A stretch of DNA of 63,698 nucleotides, counting the filler, from Choristocarpus tenellus KU-1152 (lineage: Eukaryota > Protista > Phaeophyceae), in the NCBI GenBank assembly GCA_964200185.2. It is 12 parts of 12 records of this genome, joined end to end, with 100 filler letters (N's around TTAATTAATTAA, not from the genome) between each part and the next. Parts side by side here need not be neighbours in the genome. Positions count along the whole stretch, not along the records: positions 38,716 to 42,037 come from CAXNAD020020811.1; positions 42,138 to 48,432 come from CAXNAD020008463.1; positions 48,533 to 51,165 come from CAXNAD020026105.1; positions 51,266 to 61,074 come from CAXNAD020003374.1; 8 more parts are not named here. The stretch is one strand, 5' to 3'. Position 1 is the first letter of the stretch, and the number at the start of each line of letters is the position of its first letter. The translations under genes and the position numbers were made by a program. Of this stretch, positions 39,210 to 51,620 are shown in pieces. Under the pieces are notes generated by a model that was given only the letters and a program-made list of their open reading frames with translations, was not told where the DNA came from and searched no databases.

Positions 39210-39477
39210 GAGTCAAATTATCTTAGGGTTAGGGTAGAGCCGCGTCCGTTTGGGGACCAAAATCTGATGTTGCAATTTTGATGTAATTTTGGGCATCATG
39301 CTTGTTAGGAGATGCTATTACCCTTGTTCCGGACACACCTTTACATCACATGAACATTTGACCTACTCCGAAATATTTTGGAGTAGGTATTTTTTTCTTT
39401 AAAATCCCATGGGAAGCCAAGCCCCAAATGGACAAACAGGGCAAGACTCGTACCCTAACCCTAAGATACTTTCCCTC
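39210..39477 (-). mobile_element. MITE family A with both TIRs converted to (TTAGGG)2
   Basis: Body matches the other copies. The TIR core reads TTAGGGTTAGGGTA at both ends instead of TTAGAGGGTA. Confidence 0.88.
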
Positions 39478-40220
39478 TGTCCTCTGAGCTCAATTTGATG
39501 TATCGACCATTCCAATGGTGTAAATGTGTGATACTATCTAAGAGGGGAATGGTTGTTGAATTTCATGGGCAGCTTATGGCTGGCTGCCTTGTGGTTACTG
39601 TGCTTTCAGTGCTCTGAAGGGCCGTTTTGGCTCTCACTGCGCCCACATCTAATCTCCTCACTCATGCCAACACTCTTGTTGTCAGAGGGTCGACATCACT
39701 TCAGGTATGGGGTATGGCGTGTTTTTCCAAAAAGGGTTAAGGGCTAGGGTTAGGCATGGCGTGTTTTTCCACAAAGGTTGAAGGGTTAGAGTTAGGGTTA
39801 GGTTTAAGGGTTAGTGTTTTAAGAAAGACCTTCACATTCGCAGTGGCCAAAAATAAGTAGATAAGAACCCCCTCTCAACCAGTACAACTCTTTTTTTTTC
39901 TCTTTTTTTTGTTTTCAAACCGATGTACCCTCGACTGCAGCAGCAGCCTAGCATTTGTTTTAGAAACAGGTGGAACCGGCAGACTGGCCCTCCAGATTGT
40001 CAAGGTTATGCTTGTCCATATGCATATGTGTTGGAATACGATTCAAAGAGTGAAGGTTGATTCTCACGATTTGAAGTTGGAATTTGATTTTTTTGGATCG
40101 ATTTGATTCTCACTGCACAGTCAGGGCAGGGGAGTGTGTCAAGATTGTGCTTGATCAAATGCAAGGGGGGTTGGTGATGGAGAGAGAGAGAGGAGTTAGA
40201 TAAACGGTTGGACACTGCCA

Positions 40221-41290
40221 TTGGTGATATGGACCCACTATCGATGGCAGGGGAGTGTGAGGAAGAAAGCACTGCGATATGTGGATCCCAATCCTGACCC
40301 TAACCCTAAATCTGAACCGGGCGAACTAATGGAGGAGTTACCCGAAATTGAGAATGCTAGCGGAAATGGATTCAGAGGAGTGGCCCTTGCAGAGTGGGGC
40401 TTTGGACGAGGTAATGGGCACACACAGCAGGCATTCAAAGACCCAGTTTGCTTACTCACTAAGTTGGGACAAGATTTCGAACCAGGGCAGATGGATGGGA
40501 AAGGGAGAGAGCAGAGGTCCAAGGAGGGAGTAGGACGATTGGAAGGAGCAGGAGAATGGAGCAGGAGGGACCTGTTCCAGACAACTAGAGATCTATGATC
40601 GGTGGTATCTAAATGTGGGTATCGATCATGACGAGGTCAGATGTATCAGCAGTAAGGAGCCTAGCGATGCAGTGTGTGAATCCCACTGTGATGGATTTGA
40701 AAGGGGGTGGAAAGAGTGACTGCATATTTTGTTGGGGACCAGGACGAGGGGCTTGACTTTTTGGTGATTTCAGGTTTTATTGTGGTGCACCTAGGGTCCA
40801 ACTCCATTGGCTATGCTGATGCAGACTACGCCAATTGTGAGATTTCAAGATTTTCTGTGTCTGGCGTGGTAGTGATGTTTGGGGGTGCATAAGTGAGCTG
40901 GTTGTCTAGAATGCAGAAGACTGTTACTTTATCTACCACTGAGACTGTGAGTATGTCTCGATGTGTGATTTGGCCAAGGAGGTTGTGGTTTTGCAACTAG
41001 TACAATTTTTTCTGGAGCCAACTATGAATGAACAAGTATTGTGCACAATTGCTTGAAGACAATAGTGGGGCAATCAAGTTGGCTGAGCAGACAGCTTCGG
41101 GGGGGTAGGGCAAAGCATAGAGATATCAGATATCATTATGTAAGGAACTTGGTGAAGGAGGGGAAGACACAGATTGCCTATGTAAACTCAGGTGAACAAC
41201 ATGGAGATACGTTTACCAAGGCTTTGAGCAGTAACGTGTTTGACTACCACACTGGAATCATTATGCACTGTGACTAAGGGGTAGTGTGCA
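40221..41290 (+). mobile_element. Ty1/Copia RT-RNaseH remnant with polypurine tract
   Basis: GYADADYA.....RFSVSGVVVMFGGA*VSWLSRMQKTVTLSTTE and RAKHRDIRYHYVR....GDTFTKAL, followed by AAGGGG/AGGGGAG-TGT. Confidence 0.88.
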
Positions 41291-41382
41291 GATCGAGTTC
41301 ACTAGATTCTTGCTACATAGACAGAGCAGGGGAGTGTGTCCAGATTTTGCTAGTCCATTTGTGGGAATACGATTTGGAGTGT

Positions 41383-41655
41383 GAGTGAAAGTACCTTAGA
41401 GGGTACGAGTTTTGCCCTGTTTGTCCTTTTGGGACTTGGCTTCCCATGGTTTCTGAGTGAAAGTACCTCAGAGGGTACGAGTTTTGCCCTGTTTGTCCAT
41501 TTGGGACTTGGCTTTCCATGGCTTCTGAGTGAAAGTACCTCAGAGGGTACGAGTTTTGCCCTGTTTGTCCACTTCGTGTTGACTTCCCATGGGGTTTTTT
41601 TTACAACATTTTCCTACTCCAAAATATTTCGGAGTAGGTAAAGTGTGCACATATG
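41383..41655 (+). mobile_element. truncated MITE family A with triplicated 72-bp left end
   Basis: Units start at 41383, 41455 and 41527. The body breaks off at a TTAGGG tract. Confidence 0.8.
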
Positions 41656-41679
41656 GTTAGGGTTAGGACTGATCCAAAC

Positions 41680-41960
41680 AAAAAAACATGCTAAGAGGGT
41701 TGGAGTCTTGCCCTGTTTGTCCGTTTGGGGCTTGGCTTACCCGCGGTTGGATTAAAAAAAAATTGTGCCCTTTTTTTTGTTTTTTGCGTCAAGACAGTTA
41801 CGTGTTCCGAAACGTTTCGGAGTAGGTAAAATGTTCCCGGCCATGAAAGGTGTGTCCGGAGCAAGGATATTGACACTTCCTAGCAAACACGATAGCCAAA
41901 ATTACTTCAAAATCGCAACCTGATTTATGACCCCGAGCGGACGCAACGGCCCTGCCCCCC
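41680..41960 (+). mobile_element. MITE family A, diverged subfamily (like 3133-3386)
   Basis: Homologous body; the ends are degenerate. Confidence 0.65.
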
Positions 41961-42321
41961 CCCCCCCCCCCCTCCCACATATTTTTTTCAATGACTACTT
42001 TACATGGGACTAGAAAAAAAGAATATGTTGTGGGATTNNNNNNNNNNNNNNNNNNNNNNNNNNNNNNNNNNNNNNNNNNNNTTAATTAATTAANNNNNNN
42101 NNNNNNNNNNNNNNNNNNNNNNNNNNNNNNNNNNNNNCAAGAGGTGCCTACAATCTATGGCAGCGAATGGGGGGGGGGGGTGGGGGGAGAGGGAGTGAGA
42201 GACATTTTGCTCTCCACCGAAAGGCCAAAAGCTCTCCCCCAAATCTTGTAAGGGAAAAATTATACAGTGTATTTTCCTTTATTTAATGTTAGGCATATTT
42301 AGAAACAAAATATTCACTCAC

Positions 42322-42535
42322 TCTATGAGTTGCATCACAAGGTGGCTAGGCCAGAAGCCCAGGTCCGCCGCAGACATCAATACCTCGCCCCCTGACGCTA
42401 AGCCCTCCCCTGCTGTTGTCACAGCCCCACCCCCAAGCTCTGCTACTCCTGCACCCCCAACCCCCCCACTGGCCATCACCTCCTCAGAAAAATCCGCCGT
42501 TGCTGGAAACTCACTTGTTGGCACCGACCATTGAC
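42322..42535 (-). CDS. orphan Gly/Ala-rich internal exon
   Basis: Long pyrimidine tract plus AG, open frame QWSVPTSEF...LGFWPSHLVMQLI, strong donor GA|GTGAGT. Confidence 0.5.
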
Positions 42536-42846
42536 CTCCACACAGGGGAGTTGTGGGGGAAGGTGAGTGGAGGGGAGAGGAGAGACTTGTTAAATTGGAT
42601 GATGATTTGTCGTGCAATGTAATGGGTTTAATGCTTGAATCAAGCAATAGAAATATATTGGCATCAAGTGTACTAGGTGGCAAAATGTGTGAGGAGGGGT
42701 ATGCACCTCAGCCCAGACGACCACGGAACCATGAATTGGTCACGTTAAAGGTCTTTCATGCCTTACTCGATGGCATCCTCCATTGCATCTCTAACAACCG
42801 GTTAGCTTCACAAATTCCTTCAAAAAGTCCCCAACACCAAAATAAA

Positions 42847-42895
<49 letters not shown>

Positions 42896-44718
42896 ACCCA
42901 CTCAACACAGTATCAATGACTCCTCAGTGACTACAAAGGAATGGGGCTTAAATACTATAGTTGCTGTCAATCCTTCAACAATCTGGGGAGCATGTGAGTA
43001 TCAACCAAAAAACGATCTAGTGAAAGGCAACAGTACTTATGAGAACACATCGTCTTCACAGCAACAAGAGATTCTGGACCAAGACAAAAGCAGTAGTTGT
43101 CACCAATCGAACTAATCTGGCGGCAGGGGTGTACCTTCAATTAATGACCTCCTCATCCCCATCTTCCATCCCATCCACACCATTATACAACAGTCAACAA
43201 TGAGCTGTGAGATAGCTGTCTTGTTGTCAAAAAGAGACCACAAAGGGCCTCCCTGATACTGAAGAACATTCTCACCTCCAGATGAAAGGCATAGGGCAAT
43301 GTAATGACTAGAAGGCAAGAGGTGCAACAGGCGGTGGGATGCAAAAGTCACACTCAATACATTGTTGCACTCACCCTCTCCACCAGGAAGGTTTACCTCA
43401 TCACCCATCCCCCCCTCCGAGCTTTCGGTTGTACCCCAAGCACTCCTGTCATTTGAGTTGCTCCCTCTGCTGTGGATGACATAGTTCGGGAAGGGTTGAC
43501 AGCTCATTTGGATATCTGATTACTGGTACTTACGCAAAAGCTGCAGAGGCCATATGATATGGTTATTTAAGACAGCGGCAAGGGTATAGGGTAACAGGGT
43601 TTATGGGGTGCTCAGTTGGCATTCATGGTTCTGCACTATCTCGACGAAGAATGTTGGATGTCCACCGAAATCACGTGCAATACACTCATGCCCACAGTTC
43701 GAGCGCCGCACAACGGTCTACATCGCTTCAAGGTCGTAGTTCCACGCGAGTATAATCGCGACTGTGCAGGTGGATATGCCATAAGGGGCCAATGGGAATT
43801 TAAATGGTATTGCAATGAAGAACGGCTGTACGACATTAGAAATCGTAACAATAGACACAGTTGGAAAATTTGCAACTGCCAACCTCAGTCCAAGCAGGCA
43901 AAAGGAGTCGAATAGGCACAGAAGGACTTACCTTGATGAGCTGTACACATTATTAGGGACATGTATCCAGCAATGCCCCCCACCAATTCAGCTTTACCAT
44001 AGTGGGTACCAAACTCAGGAACCAAAATCCAGTTCCCAGTATAGTTCTCAATCAAGTTCGTACCTTCCAAAAGATGAAAATGCACGAGCTCGGACAACTG
44101 TAGACATCCCAGTTGCCGTAAGAGTGTATGGCAATCTAGCCCCATTGGCAATCCCCCTCACTCCGCCTAGTTCGCTTCTCAGGGGTATCAAACGATGACG
44201 GAACCTGGAGTTTACTTGTGCATCGATCTGCACATTGTTGGCACCCGACAGAGTTTGGGGCGGTCTCCAGCAGTCCTGTGGGATTTTTTCTGCATCCACT
44301 ACGTTTGAAGCTGCTGAACCTGTCGTTGCCAGGTTAGTAGACAGTAGACGTCTCCTAACACAATGGAAGAGATGGTGTATCACTAACAAATCTCTGCTGA
44401 TATGAAGCTTTAATGAGAATGTAATATCGAGCAAGACTACACGAGAGCAGCAGACTGCGCGATATATGAGACGAATGGTACTTGAGAGGCGGAATGAGGG
44501 TGTTCCCGATTGTACGACAACACGTCTGGATGGTTGACATTGGATAGTGTGATAGCAGCAAGGTTGGCCCAGAAAGGGGGGTGTTTCAACGATAAAACCT
44601 AGTCGGTTTGTGACAGCTACCTCAGGACCTCAAAATAACTACTCACCTATGACTCCAATCTAGTCCAACTTTAACCCTACGCCCTCCTGAGAGCAGTAAC
44701 CTGTTCATCATCATAGGG

Positions 44719-47560
44719 TGTGAATGAGAGGAGAGTGGTTGTGTTGATTGTACTGCGTGGGCGAATTTATAGTTCTACGCGCGGTAGTCAGGTGAAGATA
44801 TGATTATCAAAAGTGTGGAAAGGAGATTTGCTTCCTTTCATACCGTTATCACCCTACTGTCATGATGCTTGAGGTTCCTCGTCAGGAATCCTGGATTCCA
44901 GGCAAAGATCAAACCATAAAACACCTAATGGAGTCTCTTCAAGACACCAGTTCCAGAAGTGGTGGAATCCTCTTCATTCAGATGTACGTAGAGTAATAGA
45001 TTACCTTTTACATCGCATGCTATCGCTGTGATGATGCACAATACCATGAGATCCTCTACACTTCTGTACTCTTGGTTATAGTTTTTCTTGGTCCGTCTGG
45101 TCCGTCTGGTCCGTCTTGTCCTGTGATTTTCTTCGCCGCCCTTCCCTGAGTGAACCACACCGCCACAGAATCACTCGATTCACATTGGTGACATTAGTGA
45201 CCGCAGATAGAGAGTGAGAGGAACAACTTCAACCTCCATGCCGTTTTGCTAAGATCCAAAACCAGGCTACGCCTTTCGAAGGAAGAGGTGTTGGCATAAG
45301 CTGATTATGCAAATGGTAATGAACAAGACTGGTGACAATGCAGACATTCCAACCTTGGGTTCACCCACCAATGAACAGCAGGAAGAGTGTAGTAAGTCAA
45401 GTTTGTCATCCAGTGTTTCCTGGTCCAGATGGTGACCCAGAGATCATGCATGAGGATCTCTCCTATTCTCTCAGGTGGATCGTAGGGGCAAAGTAGGCGC
45501 TTCCATTACGTCCCTTGAGCACCATGTTAGCTCAGGCAGTCATGACACTTCCATTAGGTCCTATTCCAGGGCAACCCGCCCACCTAGTCATGTTCTACAG
45601 TTCGAGAAGTGACCGTGTTGCAGGAGAGATTTGGCGACGCTGTGCCTAGATTTTTCACACGTCATCTCAAGAAATGCAGGAAAATTATCCCTGTGCCACC
45701 TCCATGGGTACAGGACCTCCTCAAGTGCAAGCTCACTCGCCAATATCTTGACCCAGATCACAAAGCGTTAATCAATGAATTCGCCACTCTACACATACTG
45801 GTTCCTCGTTCTGAAGTAATTCTTTTGCAGGAAGAGAATCAACATCTACGCACCAAGGTATAGCTCTACCATGCGGAAGAACAAATGACAGCATATTCTT
45901 AAGCCAGTTCATTGGCAAAACCACCCACGTTCCACCATGTTCTACTGATTGTTACACATCCCAACGCCACCCTCCACACCAATATACCAATACCCCTGCT
46001 GCCCCAAGTCATTGTGTAGACCACCATCATAGCACTCCACAATACGCCTACCAGTACCCAGGTTGCGAGACAATGAGTTGTGATGGTCATTCGATTCATT
46101 CATGCTTCGACAATACCGAGGCTACTCCTCAGTCATACTTTTCGTCAGAGGGCGCAGCACTGTAGATGCCAAGAGCATGAGAGGATAGACAGTATGTGGA
46201 CGGCCAATATATTCTTGTCCCTTAGGGTAACCAAATGGATTTGATCCCCGTACTTTTTGGAATTATCACGGTTTGTTTGGTACCATCGTAGGGAGTGGCA
46301 AACATACTAGGTTAACACCAGTCACAGACAGCACTTCCTCCTCAGGCGTTGTTTGTAGCCGTTTTGTCTGTCCCTTGGTATTGTTCTTTGTCTTTCGTTC
46401 AGCGAAGGTCGTACGATATTCAAACTTACCTCAACAGCTCCTTGTGCAGATACCCATCTACACCTTTATATTTTTTGTCACGAAGGGTTTGTATATCTGG
46501 CACTGTTGAAAGAACAAGAGGAAGACAACATAACTGTAGATACAACAAGTGATATTCCATGTATTTCAGACGTATTGTTCGTAATCACCCTCAACTCAAA
46601 CATTTGAATGAGCTCCTTGTCTCACCTGGTGCAATTATATATTCCATGCCTGAGGCAGACCAGCAAAATAAATCCAAGCGTTCATGGAATCGTATTGATG
46701 TTCCTTGAGCTCTTGGTACCTGGTCGGCAAATACTAACTCAATTATTGGTTCAGTTGGCAAACCCAACCAAATATGGGGCTAAAGAGTGAAAATAACTTA
46801 GAGGTACAAGTTTTCCCTTATTTGTCTGTTTGGGACTTGACTTCCCACTGTTTTTTATTACATTTTCCTACTACGAAATGTTTTGGAGTAGGTAAAATGT
46901 ACTTTTAAAAAAGGTGTGTCCAGAACAAGGATATCGACACTTGCTAACAATCACGATACCCAACATTACATCGAAATTTCAACGTTGGATTTTGGACCCC
47001 AAATGGACACGGTTCTACCCTCTAAGATACTTTGACTCTAAACTGGACATCACATGTGTCTGAACTGCCACAAGACCTGTGTGCTCAGTACAAAACAACA
47101 TTCTCGCCGAATCCAGTAGAACCCTGGGAGATATACTGTAGCTAAAGCAGAAATTTTTAATAGAGCCTAGCACCAAGTCTGTTGATAGAGATCTGTACAG
47201 AGCAAACCCCCGTACACAAGAAGTGATTGGTTTGTGCGTTAGCACAAGAGCAAGGCATCATCGAAAACTTGCCAGCCCTTGGGGTAGACTTGTTACCACT
47301 ATAGCCAAGTCCGATGACTCTCCACGTTTCTGTGTAGACTAATGTCCGACTGTTAACAAACATCTTGCCATGTGCCTGATATGGAATCACATATTGATGC
47401 CGTGGGTAGTGCCAAATTAATCATCATTGGTGATATTCAGGGCGCATATCAGCAGATTCCAGCTGCTGAAGTTGATGTTGATAAGACTACTTTTGTCACT
47501 TCCAGAGCCAAATATGTTTTAAAGAGGATTCGGCTTGGGATATTGAGTGCTCCATGACAC
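44719..47560 (+). mobile_element. 5'-part of Ty3/Gypsy retrotransposon: LTR 44719-45184, PBS-like TGGTGAC, decayed gag, RT fragment 47250-47557
   Basis: The LTR is bounded by TGTGAAT...ATTCACA. RT motifs are SPWG..VT..AKSDDSPRFCVD and MPDMESHIDAVG.AK.I...DIQGAYQQIP.....DKTTFVTS..KYV. Confidence 0.8.
46785..47038 (+). mobile_element. MITE family A inserted in Gypsy remnant
   Basis: TIRs and body are recognisable. Confidence 0.85.
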
Positions 47561-47570
47561 TTTCTGTTAG

Positions 47571-48120
47571 AAAATAGGACAATAGTAAGGTGTACCCTAT
47601 TTTGTGTATGTAAGATTGTGGCATTGGTCTATGTGATGTAACTGATGAGAGAGTACATTTGGATTATGTGTATGGGGTTTGGTATTGCAATTAAAATTCT
47701 CAGACATAACCGTTGACTTAACATGAGACACATATAATAATAAAGAAACAAGCAATAAGAAGACACCAACAAGGTCACTCTTCTTTTCAACCATGTAAAC
47801 ATATTCAGCAATGGGGAATCGTGTGAGGTTCAACACCTTCTTGTCTTTATGCAAAATAGGACAATAGTGAGGCGTACCTTATTTTGTGTGTGAGAGATGT
47901 AACTAATGAGATAGTTCATCCAGATTATGAATGGGATTACGTGTTGGTTATTATTCTGTATTCAATTACTTTGATATAACCGTTGACTTAGGTAGGAAGC
48001 ACAAATAATAATAAAACAGGCAATGAGAAGACACCCCACAAAGGTCACTCTTCTAATTTCAACCATGTAATCACGTTCAGCAATGGGGAACCGTGTGAGT
48101 CTTCACACCTTCTTGTCTTC
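47571..48120 (+). repeat. diverged ~280-bp tandem duplication (possibly LTR-derived) truncating the Gypsy RT
   Basis: AAAATAGGACAATAGT...CACCTTCTTGTCTT occurs twice (from ~47571 and ~47853). Confidence 0.75.
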
Positions 48121-48274
48121 ACTACCGATAAAAAGCATTACCTCCCAAGTGAAATTGCACAGTCTTCACTACTGATAAAATAGCAATACCTTCCGAGGTT
48201 GATTGCACAAGTTATGAACCTTAGTAGTATGGAGACAAGGCACAGGATATGAGCCTCAACGCTGTAAAGAATGA

Positions 48275-48432
48275 ATTTCAAAGTATCTGGGGGTGGAGGG
48301 TGGCGGCTATCCATTTGGGGTCAATTTTTCATGTCGTGATTTTTGGGTGATTTGGTTGCATACGTCGGATGGACAATGTAAATGCACTTTTCCTGCTTTT
48401 GGTTCAAATGGACACCCTGTTGTAGACCCCCC
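48275..48432 (+). mobile_element. MITE family B, cut by contig end
   Basis: TIR and nearly the full body. Further fragments lie at 5012-5035, 23635-23719, 23820-23888, 38533-38615, 38716-38830 and 61018-61074. Confidence 0.8.
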
Positions 48433-48575
48433 NNNNNNNNNNNNNNNNNNNNNNNNNNNNNNNNNNNNNNNNNNNNTTAATTAATTAANNNNNNNNNNNN
48501 NNNNNNNNNNNNNNNNNNNNNNNNNNNNNNNNGTGAAAAACGGACGCCGACACCCCCCCCCCGGATACTATGACC

Positions 48576-49919
48576 CTGTTATTTATTCCCACATGCAGGT
48601 TCCACACAATACAAACTAGCTAGGTGGACAGCTAAAGCCCAAGGTGGAGGGTGTCATCTCGGGCTGAAATGGCACAGAAGGTGTCATTTGGTCCGTTTGG
48701 CGACGGATCTCTGTAACAGTGTGTGCAAATGCTTCAACAACGGCTCCTCCTATGATACCAAATGTCGACGTTTTGGCGCATGGATGCATTGCTTGTTCTT
48801 TACTACCGCCTTATTGTTCCCTTGTATAGATGTGCACCCTGAGATCTGCAGTAGTCTGGTTACTGATTTCCTTGTCTTTAGTCTTAACCATCAGCACTCC
48901 AATTAATCTGCTGCCACGAATGTGAAAGTCTGTTCAGCTCGTTCACATAAAATCAGTGATACCGATTTTCGACAGAAATTACTCGTGTGTAATAGGTATT
49001 ACTGAGTATGTGAGATGCTGCGATCTCTCTTGTTATTGATAGAATAAGGTGAAGGAGAAACCGACTACCTGCTGAATTGAATGAACACTGTGGTGGTAGA
49101 TCGTATTCATTCCTCCCTTGAAATAGAATTCAGTCACAAACAAGACAGAAATACGTTTTTACTCTGTACCCCACTATACATGTGTGTAATGAAATTGAGC
49201 CATTCTTCAATAACCTATTGGAACACCCACTAGACCCACTCAAGGTTATGAAATGGCAGGACCAATCTCTTCAAAACTATCAGTCCCAAAGCTGGTATAA
49301 ATCCAGCTTGAACCGTGCCCAACCTCAACAGTGGCACGGATTCACTATCACATACAGGGACAATATGGTCAACGTACAACATACAAATTCGTTCACAAAC
49401 ACAAACCCACTCAATACATCACGTCGACCATTGCACAAGCATGTACACACGTATGCACACAAACAACAATAGCGACAAAAGGTGTAGTGACAAAGAGCCT
49501 TTTGCACCACACCAGAGCACGTTGCAACATTTTCGTAGTCAACACGCTACCACGAATGAACAGATTTTCACGTTCGTGAGAGGAGATTAATTGTAAGTGC
49601 TGATGGTTAAGATTGAAGGCAAGGAAATCAATAACCAGCCTACTGCAGATCACAAGCTACACAGCTATACAAGTGAACTATGAGATTGTAGTACCAAACA
49701 AGCAACGCATCCATGCGCCGAAAGGTGGACATTTGGTATCATAGGAGCCGTGGATGAAGCATTTGCACAGACTGCTGCAGAGATCCCCTGACAAATCGGA
49801 GCAAATCACACCTTCTGTGCCACTTCAGCCTGAGATAACACCCTTCACCTTGGGCCTTAGCTGCCCACCCAGATAGTGTTTGCATTGTGTGGAACCTGCG
49901 TTAGGGAATAAAATAACAG
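48576..49919. repeat. long inverted repeat: arms ~48576-48940 and ~49555-49919
   Basis: The arms align along their whole length as reverse complements, with scattered mismatches. Confidence 0.88.
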
Positions 49920-49948
49920 GTAGCCTGTGCTGTTTGCTTCCCTCAAGA

Positions 49949-50125
49949 GGCTCAAAGTATCTGGGGGTGGCGGCTGTCCGTTTGCGGTCAATTTTTTCAT
50001 GTCGCGATTTTTGTGTGATTTGGTTCTATACGTCGGATGGATAATGTAAATGCACTTTTTCTGATTTTGGTCCAAATGGACACCCTGGTGTAGACCCCCC
50101 CTCCTCCCCCCAGATACTTTGGGTC
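49949..50125 (+). mobile_element. MITE family B (~180 bp, TSD AGA)
   Basis: GGCTCAAAGTATCT(G)n...(C)nAGATACTTTGGGTC, with AGA on both flanks. Confidence 0.9.
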
Positions 50126-50975
50126 AGACATAGCTTGTGCCTTGAGCGAGAAGTTCCCTCCATTATCAAGTGCTAAGATATACTGAGGCGTACACTACCT
50201 GCCACTAAAGATGCTACTACTAGCATTACTTATCTCCACCAGCACCACCATCACTACTACTGCTGCTGCTACTACCAGAACTCTACTGTGTAGGTGGTTA
50301 GAGGTGTAGTGGACCATGCATGATGTATGCACTGCAAGTCTAACCTTTGTGACCCTTAACATAACCCTCCCCTTCATGTATTATTCACAGTGAAGGACAT
50401 CCTACTAGTTTACCCATTCATGAAAGGTTTCCATATTGGAGCTAGATACATCCTCCCACTCTACTAGATATTCCGTAAGAAGACGATACCTCGTTGAGAA
50501 AACGTGTTTCATACGGGGTAGTAGGTGAATACGTACTCCGTATTTTGGTCTTGTGATGAAAACAAACATTTAAATAAGTATTTTGTTAAGAACAAAGTTG
50601 TGTACACAGAAATCCAACACAGAGGGAAAGGAGGAATAATGCTGTAATATGAGGGCACAGGCATGCATTGGTGGAAATAAATAAGTCAGCTGTATAAATT
50701 CTTACTCACCTCGAAAAGGTTGTAAGGGGAATAATTGTCTCCTGAATTTGCGCTGATGATGATAATGAATGGTAGTCATCCAAAGTACTTGAGAGGTACC
50801 CAGGGTTGCAATTAAAGGATCCTAACACAGGAAAAAATCGCCTTTTTAGTACAAATGCGTATTGGGACCTTTCTGGATTGTGTCGAAAGTTTTCAAACAA
50901 TAGAGAAATCAATGCTCTCAAATGTATCTTAGCTCTAAGTCCATAGGACTATAGGTGAAATTGGAAAATATTTTT

Positions 50976-51165
50976 GAGTCAAAGTATCTTAGAGGGTAGA
51001 GCCGCGTCCATTTGGGAGCAAAATTCCAATGTTCCGATTTTGATGTAATTTGGGTATCGTGTTTGTTAGGAAGTGTCAAACATCCTTGTTCCGGACACAC
51101 CTTTTCATAACGTATATAGGGTCAAAGTATCTGGGGGGGGGTGTCGGCGTCCGTTTTTCACCCTT
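50976..51165 (-). mobile_element. MITE family A (50976-51118) interrupted by MITE family C (from 51119), cut by contig end
   Basis: The A TIR and half of the body are followed by GGGTCAAAGTATCT(G)nTGTCGGCGTCCG. Confidence 0.8.
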
Positions 51166-51278
51166 NNNNNNNNNNNNNNNNNNNNNNNNNNNNNNNNNNN
51201 NNNNNNNNNTTAATTAATTAANNNNNNNNNNNNNNNNNNNNNNNNNNNNNNNNNNNNNNNNNNNNGTAGACTGTCTAT

Positions 51279-51460
51279 AATCAAAAGTATCTGGGGGGGG
51301 GGGGAGGGGGGTCTATAATAGGGTGTCCATTCGGGCCAAAATAAGGAAAAGTGCATTTACATTATCCATCCGACGTATGCAACCAAATCACCCAAACATC
51401 GCGACATGAAAAAATTGACTCCAAATGGACAGCCGCCACACCCCCCAGATACTTTGAGTC
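51279..51460 (-). mobile_element. MITE family B
   Basis: Complete body in reverse orientation. Confidence 0.85.
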
Positions 51461-51620
51461 CTATTTCTATTGGAGTTGTGATGTTTGGGGGATGATGTGT
51501 TGACTGGTAGTCTAGGAAGCAGAAAACGGCTACATTGTCTACTGCTGAGGCTGAGTATGTTGCATTGTCCAAGGGATTGATCGGTAGGCACGCCGATATC
51601 ATTATGGATACTGTGTGATG
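51461..51620 (+). mobile_element. Copia RNaseH fragment
   Basis: GVVMFGG*CVDW*SRKQKTATLSTAEAEYVALS. Confidence 0.8.

Noticed and set aside
38921-39226. GLGLGL / NPNPNP ORFs
   Set aside because: These are translations of TTAGGG repeats.
42930-44700. Cluster of overlapping 60-130 aa ORFs
   Set aside because: No recognisable domain or consistent splice structure. Probably TE debris.
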